NCBI RefSeq assembly: GCF_012911975.1
Contig: NZ_SMDQ01000033.1
Location: 13,533-45,532, forward strand
Direction of reading: 5' to 3'
DNA from: Nodosilinea sp. P-1105
Lineage (GTDB): Bacteria; Cyanobacteriota; Cyanobacteriia; Phormidesmidales; Phormidesmidaceae
DNA length: 32,000 nucleotides
Made by a program: the position numbers and the translations under genes. The notes under the pieces were generated by a model. That model did no database searches, was not told the origin of the DNA, and was given only the letters and a program-made list of their open reading frames with translations. Positions 1-8,782 of this stretch are shown here, in pieces; within the stretch, counting starts at the first letter, position 1; the number at the start of each line of letters is the position of its first letter.

Positions 1-97
1 CCACCGTAAGCGACGCTATCATCGTCGCATCTCGAAGCTGTAGCCCTAAGCTCCATTTGCCCGTAAGCTAGAGCTATTGACGCCTTTCCATTTCACC

Positions 98-769
98 ATG
101 CCCCCCGAACAAAAGCCCCAAGTCATTTTTCTAGATGCCGTTGGTACTTTGTTTGGGGTGGCTGGTAGCGTTGGGGAGATCTACAGCGATATTGCCCGAC
201 AGCATGGGATTGATGCCGAGCCTGCCGCCCTGAATCAGGCTTTTTTTAGAGCTTTTCAAGCCGCTCCGGAGATGGCTTTCCCAGGGGTTGATCCGCTGAT
301 GGTACCTCAACAAGAATATGATTGGTGGCGAGTCATCGCCCAGCAAACCTTTAGCAGTGCTGGGGTAATCGATCAGTTTGTCGATTTTGATGGATTTTTT
401 GCAGACTTATACGCTCACTTCGCTACGGCAGCCCCGTGGGTGGTTTACCCCGATGTCTTGGCAGCTTTGAAGCGGTGGCAGCAACAGGGGATTGACCTGG
501 GAATTATCTCAAACTTTGATTCTCGTCTCTATCGGGTTTTGGTAGAACTGAACCTGGGAGACTATTTCAGCTCTATTACCATTTCGTCAGAGGCTGGTGT
601 GGCAAAGCCGGACCCGCTCATTTTTGCGACGGCTTTACAAAAGCACCACTGTGATAGTGCCCAAGCCTGGCATGTGGGGGATAGCCGTACAGACGATGTT
701 GAAGGGGCGCGGGCGGCAGGGCTGCGAGGGATCTGGCTACGACGGCCAGATTCTGCCGCTACCCCTTAG
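98..769 (+). CDS. HAD-superfamily hydrolase (subfamily IA-like phosphatase)
   Basis: ORF 77..769. HAD motifs are visible: motif I 'VIFLDAVGTLFG', motif III Lys in 'GVAKPDP', motif IV 'GDSRTDDVEGARAAG'. ATG at 98 preferred over the TTG at 77. Confidence 0.8.
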   Translation: MPPEQKPQVIFLDAVGTLFGVAGSVGEIYSDIARQHGIDAEPAALNQAFFRAFQAAPEMAFPGVDPLMVPQQEYDWWRVIAQQTFSSAGVIDQFVDFDGFFADLYAHFATAAPWVVYPDVLAALKRWQQQGIDLGIISNFDSRLYRVLVELNLGDYFSSITISSEAGVAKPDPLIFATALQKHHCDSAQAWHVGDSRTDDVEGARAAGLRGIWLRRPDSAATP

Positions 770-3056
770 GTGTATGCTCTGCGTGCCATATCGCTTCCAG
801 GGTGAACGGCAGGGCTGTGGCTTCTACGGAAATGGAGTTAATTCCCCAAGCCACCAGATCGGCAATTAGTTCGGGATGGCGTACAGGGGCCTGACCACAG
901 ATGGAGCACACCATGCCACAGCGGCGGGCCGATTCGATCAGGTGGGCCATGGCCATGCGCACCACTGGATGACGCTCGTCATAGGCTGACGCTAGGGTGG
1001 GTTGGTCGCGATCGACGGCTAGTAGTAGCTGGGTAAGGTCGTTAGAGCCAATGGCGATGCCTTGCACCCCGGCCTGGGCGTAGGCCGGTAGCAAAAACAG
1101 TACTGATGGGACTTCAGCCATCATCCACAGGGCAAAGCCGGGACCATCCGTTAACCCCGTTTGCGTAATCAGTTGGCGGCAGGCCATGACTTCTTCCACG
1201 GTGCGCACAAAGGGCAGAATCAGCTGTAGGTTACTGTAGCCAGCCCGTTGTAAGTGAGCGAGGGCCGACAGCTCCACTTGAAACAGGCGAGGGTCAAGGT
1301 TATAGCTGAGGCTGCCTCGCAGCCCTAGCATGGGATTGGGCTCTGCCGGAGGACTGCCTTCTAGGGCTTGCCACTCATGGGATCGCAGATCCATGGTCCG
1401 GTAGCGCACGGGCTTTGCCCCCAGGGCTTGTAAAATCGGCTCCAACTTTTGCTGAATCCGATCTTGCAGTTCCGCTTCTTGCCCCTGATTCACCCAGTGC
1501 CAGGGGTGTCGCCCTTCCAGCACGTCCAGCAATAACCACTCCGATCGCAGTAATCCCACCCCGTCAATCGAGTCAATGGCCAGGGCCGATAGCCGCTGGG
1601 TCTGGCTGAGGTTGACCATCACCTTGGTTCGCAAGTCGGCATACCGCTCTGTGGGACCTAGGGGCAGGGTGGTGGGGGTCGCTAGGTTGAGTGCAGCTTG
1701 AGCAGTTTGGGGCGCGATCGCCTCTAGGCCATAGACAATGCCGCGATCGCCATCCAGCCAAAGCTGGGCTTGGTGCTCCAAAATTTGGGTTGCCTGGGGT
1801 GCCCCCACCACAGCGGGCACTCCCATTTCCCGGGCCAGAATAGCCGCATGGCAGGTAGCCCCGCCCTGTTCGGTGACAATCCCAGCCACCGCTTGCAATC
1901 GCAGAAAGACATCGGGCTGCAAATCAGGTAACACCACAATGCTGCCCGGTGGTAGTGGGTCTGGCAGATCCTGGGGCCGTGACGCCACAATGGCTCTCCC
2001 CTGGATCCGTCCCGACGAAGCACCTATCCCCTGCACCACTGTCCTAACCATGGGGAGCTGAGGTTTCTCCAGGGTCGGCAGGGATGGGGGTGGGGCGGGG
2101 GTGGCTGAAATGGGATCTGCCTGGGTCAACAGCAAGGTGGCTGGCTGCCCAGCTAAGCCAGGACACAGGAGCCATTCCAGGCGAATGGCCGGGTAGCCCA
2201 AAACCTGTTGGGCCTGTTCGCCCAGGGCCAGCAACATCGCAATTTGGTCTGGGGTGATCAGGGCCTTAGCCATCAGCATACTGTCTTGCCGTTTGGTGAC
2301 CGTCAGGGCCTGGGCGATCGCCCCGCCAACGGACGTTGCCTCCCAGCCATAGTACTGATCTTGGTAGCCCGTCTGCCACTGCACCTGGTCCTGATGGGGA
2401 AACTGAATCCGGCCCAGGGCTGGCGTCGCTTCGCCCCGGCTGAGGGCCAGACCCAGCCCCTGCACGACCGCAATATCAGCTGTTTTAGGCCCAAGCTCTA
2501 GGGTACCAGCGGCCAAGGCCGGATAAATCGGCATCACCAGGGTCGCCAACTCCAGCTCCCCCAACTGTTGGCAGTAACGTTGCCAGATCAATACATTGTG
2601 GGCGGTCAAGGCTTGGGCCCAAAACTGTTGCAGTGACCGGGCAAAATTTTGCGTAGCCGCTGCCATCACCGCTGGCATCGCCCCTTGGCCTAACGGCGGC
2701 GGCGGGCTTGTCTTTAACCCCAACGAAGCCCGCAACATCCAACCCTGGGCGGCCAACTCCCCAGTTGGACCAGCCACCGCTGGCGGGGCCGTCGCTTTGA
2801 AGGCCACTCGCCAAGCCTGACTCAGCTGTTGCAGTTGTTGAGACGCACGGACATCCAGCTGCGCCAGTTGGTTAGGCAGGGCTTCTGCTGGCCAGGTCAC
2901 TTGTTTGAGGTAGTCCCACCAGGCTGTGGCTGGTAACACCCAACCCTCGGCTACAGGTAAGCCAGCTTGCTTCAGCTGCCCCAAGTTAAACGCCTTGAGG
3001 CCTACCATAGGCAGATCAGCCCGGCAGAGCTGATCCAGGTGTCGAAACCGTTCCAT
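759..3056 (-). CDS. PEP-utilizing enzyme family protein (PpsA/PPDK/Enzyme-I-like: ATP-grasp-like N-terminus, swivel phospho-His domain, C-terminal PEP-binding TIM barrel)
   Basis: 765-aa ORF. Swivel-domain motif 'GGATCHAAILAREMGVPAVVG' with the phospho-His. N-terminal 'VGLKAFNLGQLKQAGLPVAEGWVLP' resembles the PpsA ATP-grasp start. C-terminal 'IAIGSNDLTQLLLAVDRD' is typical of the PEP-utilizer TIM barrel. The Ala/Pro-rich middle is divergent. Confidence 0.8.
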   Translation of the reverse strand: MERFRHLDQLCRADLPMVGLKAFNLGQLKQAGLPVAEGWVLPATAWWDYLKQVTWPAEALPNQLAQLDVRASQQLQQLSQAWRVAFKATAPPAVAGPTGELAAQGWMLRASLGLKTSPPPPLGQGAMPAVMAAATQNFARSLQQFWAQALTAHNVLIWQRYCQQLGELELATLVMPIYPALAAGTLELGPKTADIAVVQGLGLALSRGEATPALGRIQFPHQDQVQWQTGYQDQYYGWEATSVGGAIAQALTVTKRQDSMLMAKALITPDQIAMLLALGEQAQQVLGYPAIRLEWLLCPGLAGQPATLLLTQADPISATPAPPPSLPTLEKPQLPMVRTVVQGIGASSGRIQGRAIVASRPQDLPDPLPPGSIVVLPDLQPDVFLRLQAVAGIVTEQGGATCHAAILAREMGVPAVVGAPQATQILEHQAQLWLDGDRGIVYGLEAIAPQTAQAALNLATPTTLPLGPTERYADLRTKVMVNLSQTQRLSALAIDSIDGVGLLRSEWLLLDVLEGRHPWHWVNQGQEAELQDRIQQKLEPILQALGAKPVRYRTMDLRSHEWQALEGSPPAEPNPMLGLRGSLSYNLDPRLFQVELSALAHLQRAGYSNLQLILPFVRTVEEVMACRQLITQTGLTDGPGFALWMMAEVPSVLFLLPAYAQAGVQGIAIGSNDLTQLLLAVDRDQPTLASAYDERHPVVRMAMAHLIESARRCGMVCSICGQAPVRHPELIADLVAWGINSISVEATALPFTLEAIWHAEHTPKG

Positions 3057-3450
3057 ACCAAGGGAATGAAGAGTGACCAGGAAAACCCCAAGGTTTAACT
3101 AAGTGATGGTTATTAATCAGGTTAAGGGTTGCCAGGCATGATAGTGGGCCATAGAAGCCTTAACGTCGTTTTTTAGATAGAAAAGTAGTCAAAAATTATC
3201 TGAATCTTATGGGCACAGACGATGAGATGCACAGCCAGCCGATAACCCCACCAGGTTACCCCTGTCTGATCTCAGCTCTGAGGGTAGGCTTGGGTAAACA
3301 AATCATAATTACCTTAACTCTAAACTTAATTCCTGCGATCGCATACCTCTATTCCCTAGGTTTAGCGCAAAACTTCCATAGTTTCCCCCTGTCCATAGCC
3401 GCTAACTCTTTCCAGAATGGAACCGATTAACCGTCATCAGGGGGCATACA

Positions 3451-4230
3451 GTGGAGAAATTCGGGGTAGCCCATAGGGCCATAGGCCAGGGAAAACAGCA
3501 GCTGTTGGGCTTGTTTTTAGCCAGACAGTGTAGTCTTTGTCAGCGATCGGCCCCTGGCCCGCTTTGTCTTAGCTGTGAGCGTCAGATCCGTCAGTGCCAA
3601 GTCCCTAATCCCCTCGATAGTAGCCAGGCAGGTCTGCCGGTCTTGAGTTGGGGCTCGTATGATGGCAGTCTACGCCAGGCCCTGCGCCGCTTGAAATACG
3701 AACACCAGACTGGCCTGGCGGCCATGCTGGGTCACGAGCTGGGTCGCACCTGGTTACAGCACCTGGCCCGGCCTGCCCAGGGACGGCAACCGGTGGTGGT
3801 GCCAATTCCCCTCCATGCCACCCGGTTACAGCAGCGGGGTTTCAACCAGGCGGCCCTGATCGCCCAGGGGTTTTGTCGCCAGACCCGGCTACCCCACTAT
3901 CCCGAGGGACTACAACGGGTGCTGGCTACCGAAGCTCAACACCGACTGAATCGACAGCAGCGGCAAGCCAACTTGATCCAAGCCTTTGCCGTCAACCCCG
4001 CCCTGGTGCCTCGACTGCGACACACCTCAGTGTGGTTACTAGACGACATTTTTACCACTGGGGCTACCGCCCAGGCGGCGGCCCACGCCCTGCGAAAAGC
4101 TGGGATTTCGGTGGCGGGGGTCTGTACGGTCGCCCGGGCGGTCGCCTGGGAGATGGCGTCTCAGCCAGACCGACACCGTCAGCAGATTTTAACGCCCCAG
4201 GCTTGCCAAGGGGCGATCGCCCCGTCGTAG
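3451..4230 (+). CDS. comF: ComF family protein (phosphoribosyltransferase-fold, ComFC-like)
   Basis: N-terminal CxxC...CxxC zinc-finger-like pairs ('CSLCQR...CLSCER') and the PRTase PRPP loop 'VWLLDDIFTTGATAQAAAHALRKAG'. GTG start. Confidence 0.8.
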   Translation: MEKFGVAHRAIGQGKQQLLGLFLARQCSLCQRSAPGPLCLSCERQIRQCQVPNPLDSSQAGLPVLSWGSYDGSLRQALRRLKYEHQTGLAAMLGHELGRTWLQHLARPAQGRQPVVVPIPLHATRLQQRGFNQAALIAQGFCRQTRLPHYPEGLQRVLATEAQHRLNRQQRQANLIQAFAVNPALVPRLRHTSVWLLDDIFTTGATAQAAAHALRKAGISVAGVCTVARAVAWEMASQPDRHRQQILTPQACQGAIAPS

Positions 4231-4258
4231 ACTGGCAAGGTAGCTGTTCAGGACTGTC

Positions 4259-6022
4259 ATGGGCAAGTTGTTTTTCCAGGGGTTAGCGCTAGGGGTGGGT
4301 GTCGCGGTGGTTAGCCCCGCTGTGGCCAGTGAAGGCATTACCCTGGTCTATCCCCCGGCGGACCACCAGACTACCGCCCATCAAATTTTCTTTATCGGCA
4401 CTGCCTCCCCCGACCAACCGGTGCTGATCAACGGCGAACCAATCGAACCGCGTAGCGAATCCGGTCACTTTGCCCCCAGCCTGCCCCTGCAGATGGGGGC
4501 AAATCAGTTCACCCTCAGCCAGGGGGATGAGACCCTGACCCTGACCATTACCCGTGTTGCCCCTGGCCCTACCCTGCCAGACACCCTGGGCTTTGCTGAG
4601 GGTAGCCTGGTGCCAGGCGCTGACCTGGCTCGCCAACCGGGGGATTTGGTCTGCCTGGAAGCTGTGGCCCCAGCCAACGCCACCGTCACCGCCGACTTGG
4701 CCGGTCAAACCTACTCCCTGCTACCCCAGGACGGGCGGCTAATGCTACCCCCCAACTATGCGGTGCTCACCTCCCGGGTCGATCCCTTTTCTACTGAGCC
4801 CCCCCAAAGCTATGAGGCCTGCTTCCAGGCCCCACAGCCTGGGTCTCTGGGGCGTCCCACTTATGAACTCACCTACCAGGGCGATACCGTCACCGCCCAG
4901 GCCCCTGGAGAGATTCGCATCCTGGACCCCAACCAATTTGAGCTGGCGGAGGTCACGGTGACCGCTGGGGTAGCCCGCACCGGGCCTGGCACCAGCTACT
5001 CGCGCCTGACTCCCCTGCCCCAGGGCACCCGCGCCGCCATCACTGGGCGCGAGGGAGACTGGTTACGCCTCGACTACGGCGGCTGGATTCGGGCCGCAGA
5101 AACAGACGTGTACACAGGGGCTGGACCAGCGCGATCGCAGATTCGCGGCATCACTTCCCGCCAGGTTCCCGGCTGGACCGAGGTGTTGTTTCCCCTGCAA
5201 GTACCTGTGCCAGTCACCGTCAACCAAAGCAGCGATACCCTCAGTCTCACCCTGCACAACACGATTCCCCAAACCGACACCATCTTTGTCACCGGGGACG
5301 GCGTGATCGAACGGCTTGACTGGTACCCCACCTTGCCCGATCAAGCCCAGTATCACCTGCGGTTTCAAAGCGACCAGCAGTGGGGCTACAAACTGCGCTA
5401 CGAAGGGACGACCCTGGTGCTGGCCGTGAAGCATCCCCCCACTCGGATCGAGGATCAGCCCTTGCAGGGAACCACAATTTTGGTAGATCCAGGCCACGGT
5501 GGTGACGAACTGGGGGCCAGAGGCCCTGATGGTACCCCTGAAAAGGCCGTCAATCTGGATCTATCCCTGTGGTTGCAGGCCGCCCTGGAAGCCCGAGGCG
5601 CCACAGTGATCATGACCCGCACCGACGATACCGAAAGTGGCCCCGGTGCCCGGGCTGACCAAATCAATCGGGATGAACCGACCCTGGCCCTGAGTATTCA
5701 CTACAATGCCCTGCCCGATGACGGTGACGCCCTTAACACCGCTGGGGTAGGGGCCTTCTGGTTTCATCCCCAGTCCCACAGCCTGGCCCAGTTTCTGCAC
5801 GACTATTTGGTTGACCAGTTAGATCGCCCCTCCTATGGCGTGTTTTGGAACAACCTGGCCCTCACCCGCCCCCATGTGGCCCCCTCGGTGCTGCTAGAGA
5901 TTGGGTTTATGATTAACCCCTTCGAGTTTGAGTGGATCCAGGACGCCGAAGCCCAGCAGCAGGTGGCTGAAGTGCTGGCAGAAGGGGTCACCGAATGGGT
6001 TAGGCAGACGGAGTCACAGTAG
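4259..6022 (+). CDS. N-acetylmuramoyl-L-alanine amidase (Amidase_3, AmiC-like) with signal peptide and long N-terminal domain
   Basis: Signal-like N-terminus 'LALGVGVAVVSPAVASEG'. C-terminal Amidase_3 signature 'ILVDPGHGGDELGARGPDGTPEKAVNLDLSLWLQAALEARGATVIMTRTDD ... LSIHYNA ... SVLLEIGFMINP'. Confidence 0.85.
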   Translation: MGKLFFQGLALGVGVAVVSPAVASEGITLVYPPADHQTTAHQIFFIGTASPDQPVLINGEPIEPRSESGHFAPSLPLQMGANQFTLSQGDETLTLTITRVAPGPTLPDTLGFAEGSLVPGADLARQPGDLVCLEAVAPANATVTADLAGQTYSLLPQDGRLMLPPNYAVLTSRVDPFSTEPPQSYEACFQAPQPGSLGRPTYELTYQGDTVTAQAPGEIRILDPNQFELAEVTVTAGVARTGPGTSYSRLTPLPQGTRAAITGREGDWLRLDYGGWIRAAETDVYTGAGPARSQIRGITSRQVPGWTEVLFPLQVPVPVTVNQSSDTLSLTLHNTIPQTDTIFVTGDGVIERLDWYPTLPDQAQYHLRFQSDQQWGYKLRYEGTTLVLAVKHPPTRIEDQPLQGTTILVDPGHGGDELGARGPDGTPEKAVNLDLSLWLQAALEARGATVIMTRTDDTESGPGARADQINRDEPTLALSIHYNALPDDGDALNTAGVGAFWFHPQSHSLAQFLHDYLVDQLDRPSYGVFWNNLALTRPHVAPSVLLEIGFMINPFEFEWIQDAEAQQQVAEVLAEGVTEWVRQTESQ

Positions 6023-6082
6023 GAAGACACACAACTAGCCAGACGTAGCCAGCCTTCTTACCGCCCTGGGGCTGGGTTTCCG

Positions 6083-7825
6083 CTACGCTGTGGGCGGGGG
6101 TGGCTTAGGCAGCTGCATCACAAATCCAGGGGATTGATAGTCAGCCGGTAAATAGTCTCCAGGGATGGTGGAATGGTTACCGTCTCGCAGGGCAGAAAAC
6201 GTAGGGGATAGAATTTCAATTCCGACCTGATTACATTTGTCCTGAATATTTTGGTGCAGCTCTGAATAGATAACCGGCATCTTGGCAGGATAGGCGGTGT
6301 AGGCATTGAGCTGGTAGCTGACATTAAAATCATTTAGGGCGGTTTGCAGCACAAAGGGGACTGGCTCATGTTGGATGTGGGGGGTGGCCTGGGCGGCATC
6401 AATCAACACCTGGTGGACTGTGCGCCAGGGGACGTCATAGCCCAGGGTAATGGTGGTGTACAGTAGCAAATATCCGTTGGATTCCCGACAAATGGCACTG
6501 TAGTTGGTGACGTTACTGTTCAAAACCGAGGCATTGGGAATGGTCACGGTTTCTTGTTTGGGGGTGAGCACTCGGGTGACAAACAGAGACTTGTCCTCCA
6601 CTTCCCCGACAATGTCATCAATGCGGATAAAATCCCCCAGTTGAAAGGCTCGGGTATAAATCAGGATGATGCCCGAGAGGGCATTGGCCACTGCCGAAGA
6701 TGACCCCAGGGTCAAAAGCGCTCCCACAAACAGGGAAATGCCCTGAAACGCAGGCGAGCCAAAACCAGGGAGATAGGGGCCAGCCACCACTAGGGCGATC
6801 GCCGCAATCAGCAACGAGACCAGGCGAACGGTGGGCTGCACCCATTCTGGATAAAACCAGGGATAGACATCATGGCGGCCCAGCTCGATAATCACCTGGT
6901 TGGCAAACTCGATCACATAGCGGGTGACCAGAACTAAGATGGCCAGCATCGCTAGTTGGGGCAAGTAGGCCACAAAGCCCTGGGCCAACAGGTTGAGGCG
7001 ATCAGCAATATCTTGCAACAGGCGATCGCCCACCACTTCGGTAGCAGGAAACTGGCTGAGGACGAAGGGCACATAGAGGTATAGCCCGATTAAAGTCAAC
7101 CCCAACCGCACCAACCGCACCAGTGCCATCAGAAGATAGCTGGTAGCCCCGGCCCCCAGCAATTGCACCGACTGAATTTGAATCGACAGGGTACCTGCAT
7201 CTCGGCGCTGTTGAATATACGTTAGCAGTTTGGAACTGGCAAAAAATATCCCCCGCAACACTAAGAAAATCGCCATGGTGCTCAGCACCGTAGCGACCAG
7301 GTTGGTCAACAGCCGTCGCAGACTACGCCGCTCTCGATAGGTCAAAAGGCCGGCCTGAATGCGCTCAACAGCAGTGGCCGCCAGCTCTGGATGAGCGATC
7401 CCAAAGGCGGCCTCATCCTCTGGGCGCACCGTAAACAGAATGGTGTCCTCAGCCTGGACCACGCTGTGATTACCTTCAGTGGTAAAGCGCACGCTGTCTG
7501 GGGTCATGTCGGGTGTATGGGCGATCGTCAAGATGCGCTGGCTAATAATTTCGGCCCGTTCTTCAGCCGTGGTTGCCCCTTCAATGCCTTCCCGCACCAT
7601 AAACAGAACCTGCCCATCCAGCACCACCGGAAAGCCGTCTACCACGTTCCCCACAGTAGTCTGAGACACCGGGGCAGGTTCAGCTGGCGGCGTTTCCCCT
7701 AGAGTTGCGGTTTCCTGGGCCAGCCCCGCAGGTAGGGTTACCAACCCAAAAACCATTACCCCTAGCAGCAGCCAAATCCCAATGGTTCTACCCAGACGAA
7801 ACAGACAATCCCTGAAGATGCCCAT
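6083..7825 (-). CDS. Mechanosensitive ion channel family protein (MscS-like)
   Basis: MscS beta-domain signature 'GDFIRIDDIVGEVEDKSLFVTRVLTPKQETVTIPNASVLNSNVTNYS' preceded by several TM helices. The ORF is open to 7927, but ATG at 7825 ('MGIFRDCLFRLGRTIGIWLLLGV', signal/TM-like) is the more plausible start. Confidence 0.8.
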   Translation of the reverse strand: MGIFRDCLFRLGRTIGIWLLLGVMVFGLVTLPAGLAQETATLGETPPAEPAPVSQTTVGNVVDGFPVVLDGQVLFMVREGIEGATTAEERAEIISQRILTIAHTPDMTPDSVRFTTEGNHSVVQAEDTILFTVRPEDEAAFGIAHPELAATAVERIQAGLLTYRERRSLRRLLTNLVATVLSTMAIFLVLRGIFFASSKLLTYIQQRRDAGTLSIQIQSVQLLGAGATSYLLMALVRLVRLGLTLIGLYLYVPFVLSQFPATEVVGDRLLQDIADRLNLLAQGFVAYLPQLAMLAILVLVTRYVIEFANQVIIELGRHDVYPWFYPEWVQPTVRLVSLLIAAIALVVAGPYLPGFGSPAFQGISLFVGALLTLGSSSAVANALSGIILIYTRAFQLGDFIRIDDIVGEVEDKSLFVTRVLTPKQETVTIPNASVLNSNVTNYSAICRESNGYLLLYTTITLGYDVPWRTVHQVLIDAAQATPHIQHEPVPFVLQTALNDFNVSYQLNAYTAYPAKMPVIYSELHQNIQDKCNQVGIEILSPTFSALRDGNHSTIPGDYLPADYQSPGFVMQLPKPPPPTA

Positions 7826-8163
7826 GCTGCTCACGGCTCTACTACCGAAAAAGGATGAATGCAGTGTATTACAGGGTTCTAATTTCATCACCCGGGGAGC
7901 GAGATTGAGAACATTGAGCCTTGGCAAAACATAGATCTGAATCTATGCATTGTAAAAATGGCCGCCCTCAAAACAAATGCGGCTCTTAAGCCTTGGCCAG
8001 CAATGGATACAGCTTTTATGAGAAAGCTTCTGGCTGTGTAACAACTTGTAACTAAATCCTCAGTCAGGTATAACGTTACATAAATACATCCTATAGAGTC
8101 AGAGCCAGGTCTCCCTGGGTCCAAGGGTTAGAGAGGTTCAGGACGGCCTGGGAAAACTGGTTT

Positions 8164-8598
8164 ATGGTCTGTGGGTTGTGCGTAGTTTTGAGGGTTGTTG
8201 CCTTGTCTCACGAGTCGGAATCGTCATTAACCTTGTGGAGCCTGCTTCAGGATTGGGCTTATCAAAGCTTGCAGCTCATCGATCTTCGTCTGGCTCTGGT
8301 GCTGGCCTTGATCGGCTTTTTAGTCACCGTCGGCTTGGATTCGGGCGGTAATCCTGCGGCCGCTGCCGATCTGGTCAACCCTGGAGTGCTGCCTGTGCCT
8401 GTCGCCGCTGTAGAACGCTATTCGGTGAGCGACAGCTGGTCGGGCTCGCGTTCTGCCCAAGCCCAGGTCCCCGCCTTAGAAGCGCAGCAATTGGCGACTG
8501 CTCGACGATTACGTCACGGAACCTTGACCAGTGCAATCATGACGAGCAACCGGTTGACCGAAGCTCACTTCTTTACTGATCTGCCTTCTGGGCAGTAG
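8164..8598 (+). CDS. Hypothetical membrane protein
   Basis: 144-aa ORF with one clear TM segment ('LALVLALIGFLVTVGL'). No recognisable family. Followed by a weak hairpin plus T-run. Confidence 0.3.
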   Translation: MVCGLCVVLRVVALSHESESSLTLWSLLQDWAYQSLQLIDLRLALVLALIGFLVTVGLDSGGNPAAAADLVNPGVLPVPVAAVERYSVSDSWSGSRSAQAQVPALEAQQLATARRLRHGTLTSAIMTSNRLTEAHFFTDLPSGQ

Positions 8599-8657
8599 GT
8601 CGGGGCTGGGGTTGAGACAAACAAACGCTTCTTTCTCGCTCTGAAAAATTGAACTAC

Positions 8658-8701
8658 AGGCGCTGGGGGCTAAAATTAAAAGTTGCCCTGGCGCTTTTTT
8701 T
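8658..8701 (+). terminator. Possible Rho-independent terminator (imperfect GC hairpin + T7)
   Basis: 'aggcgctgggggc...gccctggcgc' imperfect stem followed by 'ttttttt' at 8694-8700. Confidence 0.3.
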
Positions 8702-8782
8702 GGCGGCGTTGCTCTGGGCTCTCGTTCCCTGGGACAACGCCTACTATGGCAGCTTCGCCTTCGTTCCCCACTCCATCAGCCT

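Noticed and set aside
3209-3430. 73-aa ORF in the AT-rich divergent intergenic region between the PEP-utilizing gene and comF.
   Set aside because: It has atypical composition for this genome and no motifs. It lies where two divergent promoters are expected and most likely is non-coding.
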